A stretch of DNA of 64,000 nt from an uncultured Verrucomicrobiae bacterium (GTDB lineage: Bacteria; Verrucomicrobiota; Verrucomicrobiia; Chthoniobacterales; JAFAMB01): positions 4,192 to 68,191 of the forward strand of contig CAWBKA010000020.1 in assembly GCA_963789065.1 (NCBI GenBank), given 5' to 3'. The notes under the pieces are model-generated. The model was not told where the DNA came from, ran no database searches, and was given only the letters and a program-made list of their open reading frames with translations. This document shows positions 49,746-60,341 of this stretch, piece after piece. Position numbers and translations under genes: made by a program. Every line of letters begins with the position of its first letter. Position 1 is the stretch's first letter.

Positions 49746-49893
49746 CTCACACAGCGGCCACTAAGGTCACGAAGGTTTTGAATTTTAAATCAAAAGCTAA
49801 GCTCCGATAGTTGAATTAAATAGGAAGGTTACTGCTTTTTCGTTTAGAAAACCCTAATTTATCCTTTTGTGACCTTCGTGGCGTTGGTGTGAG
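49746..49893. repeat. MITE-like element, family R2 (about 30-bp imperfect terminal inverted repeats around an AT-rich core)
   Basis: ctcacacagcggccactaaggtcacgaagg ... ccttttgtgaccttcgtggcgttggtgtgag. A shorter copy lies at 63625-63709. Confidence 0.7.
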
Positions 49894-49958
49894 TCTCTCC
49901 CCCAGTCTCTCTCCCCTCCTTCCCGCCCCGCTCCAAACAGGCCGATACGTTTCTCCCG

Positions 49959-50642
49959 CTACGACGAGTCTGGCTCACCCACCAACAAAGGTCCACGCCG
50001 TTTGTAAAAGTCATACCGCGCCAGAATCGTTCTCACGTATCGCGCCGTAGAGGGAAAATCGATGCTATCCTGGAAAGTTTGGGCCGTCACAGGGTGACCG
50101 TTCCCCTTTTGCAGCGCCGTGCGAACCCAACGGTCGACTCTGCTCTTGCCGGCATTATATTCAGCAAGGCCCAAGGGAACGGCGTAATCCTCACCATTCC
50201 ATCGTTGGACCGCCTTACTCAGATACCAGGTTCCAACCTCTAAGTTCAATTCGGGAACAAACATTTGATCCGGGCGGAGAGGTGGCAGTCCTTTTGCCGT
50301 GGCCCAGTCTCGCGCCGCGACTTCCGACACCTGCATCAGACCCCGTTCACCATTCCGGCCAATCATGTCCGCTTGAAATCGGCTTTCTCTCCACACGACG
50401 GCTTTGATCAATCGCGGATCCAAATCGTATTCGCGTCCCACTTTGACGATCAACGAATCGAAGCGCCGATAATCTGTCCAATCCTTTAACTCGCGGAGAA
50501 CATAGACTGGATCGTGAGATCGAAGCGCCAGGTAAGCCACCGCCGCAGCACATGAAAGAAAGAGCGCGAGGCCAAGCTTAAGCAGGAAGACGCCTGCCGC
50601 GCTCCATCGACTGTTCCGGTTTTGACTTTGCTCTAAAGCCAT
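49959..50642 (-). CDS. lytic transglycosylase (SLT domain) with an N-terminal membrane anchor
   Basis: ..VVWRESRFQADMIGRNGERGLMQV..YLS..AEYNAG.. Confidence 0.85.
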   Translation of the reverse strand: MALEQSQNRNSRWSAAGVFLLKLGLALFLSCAAAVAYLALRSHDPVYVLRELKDWTDYRRFDSLIVKVGREYDLDPRLIKAVVWRESRFQADMIGRNGERGLMQVSEVAARDWATAKGLPPLRPDQMFVPELNLEVGTWYLSKAVQRWNGEDYAVPLGLAEYNAGKSRVDRWVRTALQKGNGHPVTAQTFQDSIDFPSTARYVRTILARYDFYKRRGPLLVGEPDSS

Positions 50643-50660
50643 TAGACTACGACAATCAAC

Positions 50661-52877
50661 ATGCAGCTGTACGCGCGAGTCATCACCGACGACCCCACGG
50701 CCAAAGAACTAGATTACTCTATCCCTGAGTCTTGTATCGGCAAGGTTCACGTCGGTTCTCGGGTAAAAGTTCCACTACGCTCTCGTGAAATACTAGCAAC
50801 TGTCGTTGCCCTCGTCGACACCTCGTCGGTATCAGAACCAAAACTTATTTCGGCTCTTATCTCGGATAGTCCAATCCTGAGCAAATCGTTGTTAGCGCTC
50901 GCGCGCTGGATGGCGGAATACTATTGCTGTTCGGTCGAGGCGGCGATTCGGTCCGTCTTGCCTCAGGTGATAAGGAAAGCCGAGCTTGGTTTTAAACGAG
51001 AGCGGATCGTTTCACTCAATAACGAAATCTCGGAAGAGGAAATGCAAAAGTTCAGGGCGAAAGCTCCTCGACAGGCGCAAGTGTTGCAGTTCGCGATCGC
51101 CTTTGCCGAACCACTCCAATGGAGGGAATTGCGACTTCGCGCGGCAACCACAGACCGGACCATCCAGCATTTGATTGATCGCGGGTTTCTTCGAGTCGAA
51201 CTCGAAACTGCCGATCGCGACCCGTACGCTAATGAGCGGTTCGTTCCGAGCACCGCTCACGAATTGAATTCCGGCCAAAAGCACGCCTTGGAAATTGTCG
51301 TCCAGTCCATCCAGGACCGAGACAGTCGACCGATCCTCCTCCATGGGATCACTGGGAGCGGTAAGACCGAAGTATATCTACAAGCGATTGATCTTTGTCT
51401 TAATCAAGGTCTTAGCGCGCTGGTTCTGGTGCCTGAAATTTCGCTGACACCGCAAACCGTTGAACATTTCAAGATGCGATTCCAATCAGAATTGATCGCG
51501 GTTCTGCACAGTCACCTTTCCGCGGGCGAACGTCACGATGAATGGCACAAACTCAACAGTGGCAGGGCGCGAGTTGCTATTGGCGCTCGAAGCGCAGTGT
51601 TTGCTCCTGTCCATCGCCTCGGGTTAATCGTCGTTGACGAGGAGCACGAGACTTCCTACAAGCAGGAAGAAGCGCCGCGTTACCACGCCCGCGACCTGGC
51701 GGTTGTCCGAGCACAACTCGACCAATGCTCGATTCTTCTCGGAAGCGCGACTCCCTCTCTGGAAAGCTATCAAAACGCTAAGATTGGGAAATATCGGCTC
51801 GTCCACCTGATTTCCCGAGTCGATGACCGCCAACTTCCGTTGATACGCGTGGTCGATATGCGGCAGGAGTATCTAAAGCAAAAGCACGTCCCTTTAATCT
51901 CGAACGGCCTGGCCAGCGCGATCGAAATGCGGTTGGCTAAGAAGGAGCAGACAATCCTTTTCTTAAACCGGCGAGGCTTCGCCACTTCCCTGGTTTGCAA
52001 TCAATGCGGCTTCGTCTGTGAATGCCCGAATTGCAGCGTCGCGCTCACTTTCCACCTGGGCGAAAATCGGCTCAAATGCCACCTGTGCGGTCATATCGCG
52101 CTGGCTCCGCGAAAATGCCCCAAATGCTCCGACTCCTCGATCCGATATGCAGGCTACGGAACCGAGAAAGTCGAGGGCGCCGTTCAGAAGCTTTTTCCGT
52201 CAGCAACGGTGGCCAGAATGGACGCCGATTCGATGACCCGGAAAGATGCCTACCGTGCGATTCTGCAAACCTTTCGGACTGGCAAAATCGACATCCTGGT
52301 CGGTACCCAAATGATCGCCAAGGGTCTCGACTTCCCGAACGTCACTTTGGTTGGCATCATCAACGCGGACGTTGGACTGCACATGCCCGATTTCCGAGCT
52401 GGAGAGCGGACGTTTCAGCTCCTGACCCAGGTCGCCGGGCGTGCGGGTCGAGGCGATATGAGTGGTGAAGTCTATGTCCAGAGTTCGACTCCATTTAGTC
52501 CCTCTATCCAGTTCGCGCGACACCATAACTTTGAGGGTTTTTGGGAGCAGGAGATCGAGTTTCGAGAGCGATGCGACTATCCACCTTTTCTCCATTTGCT
52601 GATGGTCCATATTCGTTCTGAACACCAAAGGCGCGCGGAGTTTACCGCGGAAACTATCCACCGCCGAATCAGTGAAAATCTAGACCAATCCGTCACTTTG
52701 CATCCGGTGGTACCCGCCCCGATTGAACGATCGAAAGGATATTATCGTTATCAGATTCTCCTTCGAACCAAGTCGATCCGCCGGCTCAGCAAGAAAGTCC
52801 GATCGATCGTCGAAAAGCTGACCTTTCCGGACGATGTGCATGTCACGGTCGACGTCGATCCTTACCAGGTATTGTAA
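50661..52877 (+). CDS. priA: primosomal protein N' (replication restart helicase)
   Basis: ..LLHGITGSGKTEVY..VVDEEHE..CNQCGFVCECPNCSVALTFH..CHLCGH..CPKC.. Confidence 0.95.
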   Translation: MQLYARVITDDPTAKELDYSIPESCIGKVHVGSRVKVPLRSREILATVVALVDTSSVSEPKLISALISDSPILSKSLLALARWMAEYYCCSVEAAIRSVLPQVIRKAELGFKRERIVSLNNEISEEEMQKFRAKAPRQAQVLQFAIAFAEPLQWRELRLRAATTDRTIQHLIDRGFLRVELETADRDPYANERFVPSTAHELNSGQKHALEIVVQSIQDRDSRPILLHGITGSGKTEVYLQAIDLCLNQGLSALVLVPEISLTPQTVEHFKMRFQSELIAVLHSHLSAGERHDEWHKLNSGRARVAIGARSAVFAPVHRLGLIVVDEEHETSYKQEEAPRYHARDLAVVRAQLDQCSILLGSATPSLESYQNAKIGKYRLVHLISRVDDRQLPLIRVVDMRQEYLKQKHVPLISNGLASAIEMRLAKKEQTILFLNRRGFATSLVCNQCGFVCECPNCSVALTFHLGENRLKCHLCGHIALAPRKCPKCSDSSIRYAGYGTEKVEGAVQKLFPSATVARMDADSMTRKDAYRAILQTFRTGKIDILVGTQMIAKGLDFPNVTLVGIINADVGLHMPDFRAGERTFQLLTQVAGRAGRGDMSGEVYVQSSTPFSPSIQFARHHNFEGFWEQEIEFRERCDYPPFLHLLMVHIRSEHQRRAEFTAETIHRRISENLDQSVTLHPVVPAPIERSKGYYRYQILLRTKSIRRLSKKVRSIVEKLTFPDDVHVTVDVDPYQVL

Positions 52878-52897
52878 TCCGCGGTGCGCCGCGGAAA

Positions 52898-53257
52898 TCA
52901 AGAATGTTGGTGGCGGTGTTCGATCACCTGGATCGCCGTCGTCCGATAACGAGTAGGTCGCTCGTTGCGGACAAAGGTGAATTCCATCCGACCGCCGCAG
53001 AACAGATGCCCAGGCTTGAACGCATGGCAAAATCCGAATCCGCATCCAGAAATCGTAACTCGTCCGGACGGACGATCGGTTCGCGAACATTTGAGCTGAA
53101 GCTCTTGACCGCTGATCACGGTGAAAACGTAGTTGGTATGCTGCGTAACAATTCTGAGCGTATCACCGGGATTCAGCCGTTCGAGCGAGAACTCTTCTGC
53201 GTCCGATTCTCCATACTTCGTCGCGAACTGCTCCCAGTCTGAAATCACCGCTCTCAT
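52898..53257 (-). CDS. hypothetical protein
   Basis: An intact ORF convergent with priA; no recognised family. Confidence 0.4.
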   Translation of the reverse strand: MRAVISDWEQFATKYGESDAEEFSLERLNPGDTLRIVTQHTNYVFTVISGQELQLKCSRTDRPSGRVTISGCGFGFCHAFKPGHLFCGGRMEFTFVRNERPTRYRTTAIQVIEHRHQHS

Positions 53258-53316
53258 CCGCTCACAAACCCATATCACCTTCCGTACGAAGTACGCAAGG
53301 AGAAGAGCCAGTGGAT

Positions 53317-54627
53317 CTACTCATATCTCAGCGCCTTTACAGGATCCAGGCGAGCCGCAAAATAAGCGGGGATCAGGGCGGCCAGGGAGCAGATCAAAAA
53401 ACCACTGACGCAAATCACGAAAACGTCCCGCGGCACAATCTCGGCGGGAATCTCCGAAAACTGATAGACCGCCGCTGGGAAGAGCTCAATATGAAGGGTC
53501 GCGGCGAGAAAATCGCGAACTTGATTTCGGTATTGAACCAAGGCGATCCCGCTGCTCAGCCCGATCAACGTGCCAAAGAAGCCGACGATCATGCCTTGGG
53601 CGAGAAAGATCCACATGATTTGGTTGACCTGCGCTCCAAGGGCCTTCATGACGCCTATCTCGCGGGTCTTCTGCACCGTCGTGGTGATCAGGGTGCTCAT
53701 AATTCCAAACGCGGCGACGATCACGACGAAAATCAGCACAAAGAACATCGTCGTGCGTTCGATCCGGATGGCGTCAAAGAGCTCGCGGTTCTGGTCAATC
53801 CAAGTGACCGCCTGGAATGGCTGCGTAAGAAACTTGTTGAGCCGGTCTCTCACCTTGTCGGCCGAATATGGGTTCGTCGTCCGAACCGTGATTCCATGGA
53901 CACCCCCTCCTAAACTGTAGGCTTCCTGCATGATGTGCAAAGGCACGAGGATATAGTCGGAGTCATAGGCGTATCTGCCGGAGTTGAACATTCCGGTCAC
54001 GGTGATCTCCATCGGGAGAATGAGTTCCCGCACCCGTTTCAGCTCTTGCTGATTGTCTGCCTTGCCCTGGGCGTTATCGAGAGCCTTTTGCAACTCTCCC
54101 ATGTCGTGCGGAGAATAGATTTCGAGCGTATCACCGATGCTGACGCCGAGCGTTGCGGCCAATTCCGAGCCGATAATACCGTTGTCTCCACTCAGATCAA
54201 ATTCTCCGGCGACCAGGAATTGCTTTAAATTCGCAACCGCCTGTTCCAAATCAGGATCGATTCCGCGCAACCACGGAACGGCTCGATGATTCTGGTACTG
54301 AACGATGACGCGCCCTTGCGCGAAAGGAGCAGCTGCCACCACTCCCTCGGTTTTCCTGGTTTCACCCAGGATCTCACGCCAGTTATTCATGACTTCATTG
54401 CCGCTTATCAATATGTCGGCGTCGAACCCGATGATCTTCCTCTGGAGCTCCCGTTCAAAACCTGTCATCACCGAAATCACAATGATCAATACGCTGATCC
54501 CGAGAACCACCCCCAGGATCGAGATCAATGTAATTAGCGAAATGAAGGTGCGTTTCGGCTTCAGATAGCGCAGCGCCAGGAAATAGGTAAACGGTAGCCG
54601 GATCCTCTTGGGGACAGGGCGGAACAA
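53317..54627 (-). CDS. LolC/LolE-type ABC transporter permease (MacB-like periplasmic domain plus FtsX domain)
   Basis: ..FLALRYLKPKR..ISILGVVLGISVLIIVISVMTGF..REIGVMKALGA.. Confidence 0.85.
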   Translation of the reverse strand: MFRPVPKRIRLPFTYFLALRYLKPKRTFISLITLISILGVVLGISVLIIVISVMTGFERELQRKIIGFDADILISGNEVMNNWREILGETRKTEGVVAAAPFAQGRVIVQYQNHRAVPWLRGIDPDLEQAVANLKQFLVAGEFDLSGDNGIIGSELAATLGVSIGDTLEIYSPHDMGELQKALDNAQGKADNQQELKRVRELILPMEITVTGMFNSGRYAYDSDYILVPLHIMQEAYSLGGGVHGITVRTTNPYSADKVRDRLNKFLTQPFQAVTWIDQNRELFDAIRIERTTMFFVLIFVVIVAAFGIMSTLITTTVQKTREIGVMKALGAQVNQIMWIFLAQGMIVGFFGTLIGLSSGIALVQYRNQVRDFLAATLHIELFPAAVYQFSEIPAEIVPRDVFVICVSGFLICSLAALIPAYFAARLDPVKALRYE

Positions 54628-54650
54628 CGGAATTCAAAGGAAGGACGTCT

Positions 54651-56008
54651 CTATCGGTTGAAGAATCTGCCATAAAGCTTCAACCGCGCCAGGATGACAA
54701 CATCCCGGATAGCCGTGTCAAACGGCTTACCCTTCTTTTCCACAAGCGGGCGTGCGAGGAAAAAAGTGATAATACCCAGCACCGCAAGCAGAATGAAATA
54801 AATGCTAAATCGATTAACCTGGAAGAGTCCGATCGAAAACTCGTTCTTTGCCAACACATCGAGAAAGACTCCCCAGAAAATTGGAGCCAGACCGAGACTC
54901 AGAGAGGCGAAAACCGTGAAAAGTGAAAAAAAATGGTTCCGTCCGATCTCCGGCATCGTATCCATCGCTATCCGCGTATTCGCTATGGAGAAGAGTCCGC
55001 CTGCGACCCCGAGAATAAGGTAGTTTAATCCGACGAACAGATAGTGGGCGGGGACGCGTCCCGCTGGTGACCAGCACCCAAAAAATGATACCCAATAGAT
55101 AGAGCGTCATCGCAAGCCGGAGGATCGGTTTGCTGCCGGTCCGTTCAAGCACCAGACCAAAAAATGGAACACTCGCGAAAGCTCCGACCGCCGAAGCCAG
55201 ACTCACAGCGAGAACCTCTCCCGCAGTGTAGCCCGCTCTGCCTTCAAGAAAGGCGATCACGAAGGCGGCCAAGCCACCGACGACCCAGTTATAGACGACG
55301 TTGAAGACCAGGAGCTTGGTAAAGGGAGGATACTTCAGGATCTCCAGCCAGGGAACCGGATGACCCGAGGATCGAACCTGTTCTCCGATCTCAACGTCAG
55401 GAATCTTGCGGACAAAATGAAGGCTTAACGTTCCCGCCAGCGCGCTGATGAAAAAGAGTAGAGCAAATTGCCAGGGTTGGGCGCCTGACCACAAAACGAG
55501 GGTCGAAATCGCGATAGCCAACAAGCCGCCACACTGCATGTGTAGTTGGTCAAAACGCAGAAAGCCACTGCGGGCGTTCGCGGGAACAAGCGCTGTCAGC
55601 CAGGGAAGCCAGGCCCCTGTCGAAACGCCGCGGACAACATTGAACAGGAAGAGGCAGGTCAGCATCAACTCGATCTGGATCGCCGGAGTGAAAAAAATGA
55701 GCAAGGGCAGTAGCGCGAGAACGAACAATAACACCGCCCGAATCGACCAACCAAACAGGACGAATCCTTTATAGCCAATCCTCGGAATGAAATAAGCCGT
55801 TGGAAGCTGGAGCACGGTCATCAGCGGCGCCAGGGACGCGACGATCCCGATCGTGGTCGCACTGCCTCCCAACGACTTTGGCGTACAGCACCATGGGCGC
55901 CCCAAGCGTGATCTGGAAATTAACGGCATTGAACAGACTGAACCGGTAAGAATTATTTGCCTGAGGTGGAACCTCCGGCCTTGTCGCAGCTACCGAAGCG
56001 ATCGTCAT
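54651..56008 (-). pseudogene. MFS transporter split over three frames (shifts near 55.9 kb and 55.0 kb)
   Basis: ORFs 55769..56008, 54814..55929 and 54651..54965 join into one 12-TM-like protein (..NAVNFQITLGAPMVLYAK|SLGGSATTIGIV.. and ..GLNYLILGVAGGLFSIANTRIAMDTMPE..). Confidence 0.75.
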
Positions 56009-56024
56009 TCTTGCGATTTTGGTT

Positions 56025-57455
56025 TCAGATGCGGAAATAGATAACGTCCCGAATGGAATCCGCGCCGGTTAGCATCATCACCAGGCGATCGATGCCGACC
56101 CCGATCCCGCCTGCAGGCGGCATGCCGTGTTCCAGGGCGAGGAGAAAATCTTCGTCCAGCTTCTGGGTTTCCTCACCGACCTGGTCCAGCAGCCGACGGC
56201 GCTGCACCGCCGGGTCGTTCAATTCCGAATACCCCGGCGAAATCTCCTGGCCGTTAATGATCAACTCGTAAACGTCCACCACAGCCGGATTCTCCGCGTT
56301 TTGTTTCGCCAACGGAACCAGCTCTTTTGGCAAATGCGTCACAAACAAAGGGTCGATCGTTTGTTCTTCCACCAATTTCTCGAATACTTGCTGAGTGATC
56401 TCAAACTCCTCCATCCCGGGATGCACTTCGACGCCAAGGCTCCTGCAATGCATCAGCTTCTGATCGCGGCTGCGATCAAACCACGACGGGTCAACCTGCC
56501 GGATCAGGTCTTCATAGCGGGCTCGTTTCCAAGGACGAGATAGATTGATCGTCCGTTTAATGTTTCCGTCACTATCCTTGTGGGTGACCTGCAGCGATCC
56601 AAGCACGCTCTCCGCCAACGTGCAGATCATTTCTTCGACGAGATTTGCCATCAGCTCGAAGTCGGCATACGCCCAATAGACCTCGAGCATGGTAAATTCC
56701 GGATTGTGCCGCCGAGAGATTCCCTCGTTCCGAAAGTTGCGATTCAGTTCAAATACCTTCGTAAAACCGCCAACCAGCAGGCGCTTCAAATAGAGTTCAG
56801 GGGCGATTCGAAGGAAAAGATCGATGTTCAGAGCGTTATGATGGGTCTTGAAGGGCTGGGCTGCGGCTCCGCCCGCAATCGGTTGCATCATTGGAGTCTC
56901 CACCTCCAGGAAGCCTCGCTCGTGCAAGAATTGCCGAATTTCGCGGACCATCCTGATCCGCATCAGGAAAACGTCGCGCGACGCCGGGTTTGCGATCAAA
57001 TCAAGGTAGCGCTGCCGGTTGCGAATCTCGACGTCACTGATCCCATGCCACTTGTCGGGTAGTGGGCGCAATGTTTTCGACAAGATTTGGAACTCTCCGC
57101 GCGAATCGTCGGTTCCCCGGTCCTGGTGATAAAAGCTTTCCCCTTCAACTCCCATAAAGTCGCCGATATCGAGCAGTTGAAAAATTTCAGCTTGTTCTGC
57201 CGAGAGTTCTTTCAGGTTCACGTAGATTTGCAGGCGTCCGCTCAAATCGCCGAGGTCGAAGAACTGACTTTTGCCCATATTGCGAAGCGCGGTTATCCGC
57301 CCCGCCACACGAACCCGCCTGCCCTCCAGGAAGTCTTGACGAACTTCGCCAATCGCTCCAGAAACATCGAACCGGCCCCCGAACGGATTTACGTTTCGCT
57401 CGAGTAATTGCTGCAGCTTTTGACGGCGAAAAGCAAGAAGTTCGTTTTCTTCCAT
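56025..57455 (-). CDS. lysS: lysine--tRNA ligase (class II); the ORF is intact but has a roughly 13-codon out-of-frame stretch
   Basis: ..RQRYLDLIAN..RNEGIS.RHNPEFTMLE.Y.AY..GGIGVGIDRLVMML.. The ATG at 57455 abuts the ilvB stop. Confidence 0.9.
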   Translation of the reverse strand: MEENELLAFRRQKLQQLLERNVNPFGGRFDVSGAIGEVRQDFLEGRRVRVAGRITALRNMGKSQFFDLGDLSGRLQIYVNLKELSAEQAEIFQLLDIGDFMGVEGESFYHQDRGTDDSRGEFQILSKTLRPLPDKWHGISDVEIRNRQRYLDLIANPASRDVFLMRIRMVREIRQFLHERGFLEVETPMMQPIAGGAAAQPFKTHHNALNIDLFLRIAPELYLKRLLVGGFTKVFELNRNFRNEGISRRHNPEFTMLEVYWAYADFELMANLVEEMICTLAESVLGSLQVTHKDSDGNIKRTINLSRPWKRARYEDLIRQVDPSWFDRSRDQKLMHCRSLGVEVHPGMEEFEITQQVFEKLVEEQTIDPLFVTHLPKELVPLAKQNAENPAVVDVYELIINGQEISPGYSELNDPAVQRRRLLDQVGEETQKLDEDFLLALEHGMPPAGGIGVGIDRLVMMLTGADSIRDVIYFRI

Positions 57456-59258
57456 CTACCCTTCAAACTTACCATGCCGCTCATCAATGATGATGTCACG
57501 GTAGGTTTTTCCAGACGGAATCATCGGCAAAACATGTTCGGTGTACGGGGTCATGACATCCAGGACGTAGCATTCATCGGCATCGAGCATACGTTGGAGC
57601 GCCGGCTGGAGATCTTTCTTTTCGATGACCCGCTCACACTTCACTCCGAATCCCCGACAGAGCTCGACATAATCGGGGTAAATCCGATCTCTGTCGCGAG
57701 GATCGCCCAGGAATGTATGTCCTCGATTGCTGTTATAGAACCGGTCTTCCCATTGCACGACCATTCCCAGGTGTTGGTTGTTGATAATGATCGCCTTGGC
57801 AGCGATGCCTTCAACGTGAGCGCAAGCCAGTTCCTGAACGTTCATCAAGAATGAACCATCCCCGTCAATGTCAATCACTTGCCGGTCAGGAAAGGCCACT
57901 TTCGCACCAAGCGCGGCAGGAAACCCGAAGCCCATCGCGCCCAGACCGGCAGAGGTCAGGAATTGGCGCGGATGGCTAAAGTCGTAATATTGACCCGCCC
58001 ACATCTGATGCTGTCCCACACCAGTCGTGATGATCGCTTCGCCGTTGGTCATTTCGTAGAGCAACCGGATCAGGTGCTGCGGTAAAACCGCTTCGTCCGT
58101 ATCCTTGAAATCCAGGGGATAGCGCTTTTTCCATTGATGGATCTGCGCCAGCCAGTCTGGAAAAGGGTGAAGAGCCTTCGAGCCACGCTCGTAGCCGCCA
58201 GCTGCCAGCAAGCGATTGAGCTCCCCGATCGCGTATTTGATGTCGCTGAGAACCGGTAGTTTGACGACCTTGTTCTTATTCAATTCCGAGAAATCAATGT
58301 CGATATGGACGATCGTACCATGCTCGGCGAACTTCTCGACTTTTCCGGTAACCCGGTCATCAAAGCGAACACCCAAGGCCAGCAAAAGATCTGATTCGTT
58401 GACGGCGCAATTTGCGTAGACTGTTCCGTGCATTCCGAGCCATTTGAGAGAGAGCGGATGTCCTTCCGGAAAACCGCCGATCCCCATCAGCGTCGTGGCC
58501 ACCGGGATTTGCGTCCGTTCGGCGAACTCCAGCAATTCGCTCGAGGCGTCCGAAGAAATGATCCCGCCTCCCGCATAAATCATTGGTTTCCGAGCAGATT
58601 TTATCAGCCCAATGATCTCATTCAAGGCCACCGGATCCGCTTTCGGGGGCGCCTGAAATCCGCGCAAGGTCAATTCGCTCGGGAAGACCGGCTGAGCCAT
58701 CTGGTTCTGAATATTCTTTGGAATGTCGATGACCACCGGACCTGGTCGACCGGTCGTCGCGATGTGAAAGGCTTCCTTTACCACGCGGGGAATCTCATGG
58801 ATATCCATGATCAGGTAGCTATGCTTGACGATCGGCAGCGTCATTCCAAACACGTCTGTTTCTTGAAACGCGCCGCGCCCGATCATCTCCTGAGGCACCT
58901 GCCCCGTGACTGCCACCAGAGGAATTGAGTCCATGTAGGCGTCCGCGATACCGGTGACCAGGTTGGTTGCTCCGGGGCCGGAGGTTGCCATGCAAACGCC
59001 CGCCTTTCCGGTGGCCCGTGCATATCCTCCAGCGGCAAAACTTCCTCCCTGTTCATGCCGAGGAAGAATCGTTCGGATTATTTTGGACCGCGTGAGGGCC
59101 TGATGGATCGGCATGCTGGCTCCGCCTGGATAGGCGAAAATTACCTCTACACCCTCCCGCTCCAAGGCGGTGACAAGGATCTCGGCGCCATTCATCGTTT
59201 CACCCAGAGCGGGAGCTTGGCGCGCGGTAGCGGGCTGTTTTGCAGTAGAGGTTTTCAT
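57456..59258 (-). CDS. ilvB: acetolactate synthase large subunit (biosynthetic type)
   Basis: ..[68 protein letters not shown].. Confidence 0.95.
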   Translation of the reverse strand: MKTSTAKQPATARQAPALGETMNGAEILVTALEREGVEVIFAYPGGASMPIHQALTRSKIIRTILPRHEQGGSFAAGGYARATGKAGVCMATSGPGATNLVTGIADAYMDSIPLVAVTGQVPQEMIGRGAFQETDVFGMTLPIVKHSYLIMDIHEIPRVVKEAFHIATTGRPGPVVIDIPKNIQNQMAQPVFPSELTLRGFQAPPKADPVALNEIIGLIKSARKPMIYAGGGIISSDASSELLEFAERTQIPVATTLMGIGGFPEGHPLSLKWLGMHGTVYANCAVNESDLLLALGVRFDDRVTGKVEKFAEHGTIVHIDIDFSELNKNKVVKLPVLSDIKYAIGELNRLLAAGGYERGSKALHPFPDWLAQIHQWKKRYPLDFKDTDEAVLPQHLIRLLYEMTNGEAIITTGVGQHQMWAGQYYDFSHPRQFLTSAGLGAMGFGFPAALGAKVAFPDRQVIDIDGDGSFLMNVQELACAHVEGIAAKAIIINNQHLGMVVQWEDRFYNSNRGHTFLGDPRDRDRIYPDYVELCRGFGVKCERVIEKKDLQPALQRMLDADECYVLDVMTPYTEHVLPMIPSGKTYRDIIIDERHGKFEG

Positions 59259-59466
59259 AAAAAAGAGTCAATTATTATAAAGGGTCACCCCCGCGTGATC
59301 AATCGTTAACCACACCTTGCGAAAAAACTCCTCTTTAAGCGCAAAGGGTCTCTGAAACCCTCCGTGCCCACCGTGACCTCCGTGCGAGCCATTCCCCCCC
59401 AAAAAAACGCTGCCAGCCAGGTTCCCAAAGTGGCCGCCTCCCCCATTGGATGTACATTAGAAACCT

Positions 59467-60210
59467 ATGATTACGCGACGCGAAGCAATTAAAGCTGTGG
59501 CTCTTACCGCCGGTGCTTTAGCCGTAGTTCCCTCTTTTCTCCGAGGGCAGACTCCCGATTCGAGTGCCGGCAGTTCAACCTACCCCTTCAAACTGGCCCC
59601 TCTTGATTACCCTTACGATGCACTCGAACCGTACATCGACGCGCTAACCATGCAGATTCATCACGATAAGCACAATGGCGCCTACGTCGACAACCTGAAC
59701 AAGGCGATCGCTCAAGCGCCCGAATCGATCCAGAAAATGTCCTTGGACGAGTTACTGATGAATCTTGACAAAGTTCCCGATAACATTCGAACCGCGGTTC
59801 GCAACAACGGTGGCGGCCAGTACAATCATTCCTTCTTCTGGAAGCTCCTCAAGAAAAACGAGGGAGGTAAGCCAACGGCGGAACTCGCCACGGCCATCGA
59901 TGGGACGTTCGGCAGCTTTTCAGCTTTCCAGGATAAGCTCAGTGAGGCCGGCACCAAAGTCTTCGGAAGCGGTTGGGCGTGGCTGGTCGCCGATGGCACT
60001 AAACTCGAAATTACCACGACGCCGAACCAGGACACTCCAATCTCGAAACCGCAGGGAAAACAATTTCCGATTGTCGGTATCGACGTATGGGAACATGCCT
60101 ACTACCTGAAATACCAGAATCGTCGCCCGGAATACGTGAAAGCATTCTGGAACGTGATCAACTGGGACTATGCCGCCGAGCGATACGCGACCGCGAGCAA
60201 GGCGGCCTGA
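59467..60210 (+). CDS. sodA: Fe/Mn-family superoxide dismutase with a twin-arginine (Tat) signal peptide
   Basis: MITRREAIKAVALTAGALAVVP.., then ..HHDKHNGAYV..GGGQYNHSFFW..GSGWAWL..VGIDVWEHAYYL.Y.N.R..Y. Confidence 0.9.
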   Translation: MITRREAIKAVALTAGALAVVPSFLRGQTPDSSAGSSTYPFKLAPLDYPYDALEPYIDALTMQIHHDKHNGAYVDNLNKAIAQAPESIQKMSLDELLMNLDKVPDNIRTAVRNNGGGQYNHSFFWKLLKKNEGGKPTAELATAIDGTFGSFSAFQDKLSEAGTKVFGSGWAWLVADGTKLEITTTPNQDTPISKPQGKQFPIVGIDVWEHAYYLKYQNRRPEYVKAFWNVINWDYAAERYATASKAA

Positions 60211-60218
60211 CGAGGAGC

Positions 60219-60283
60219 CTTTGGCGTTCCGCGTTTGGCGTTCACCGTTTGGCGTTCACCGTTTGGCGTTTGGCGTTCGGCGG
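60219..60283. repeat. tandem repeat, about 4.5 copies of a 14-bp unit (gtttggcgttcacc)
   Basis: ctttggcgttccgc gtttggcgttcacc gtttggcgttcacc gtttggcg tttggcgttcggcg, immediately after the sod stop. Confidence 0.85.
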
Positions 60284-60341
60284 GCAGGCGTGATTTCTCA
60301 CCATTCCCTCTCACTTCTCACCTCTCACTTCCTCTTTCCCA

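Noticed and set aside
52879-52894. Bidirectional intrinsic terminator CCGCGG-tgcg-CCGCGG between priA and the convergent ORF.
   Set aside because: The stem is only 6 bp and there is no U-tract on either strand. It is not sufficient for a terminator call.
60219-60283. CRISPR-like array.
   Set aside because: The 14-bp units are directly tandem with no spacers, and no cas genes are present. It is a simple tandem repeat.
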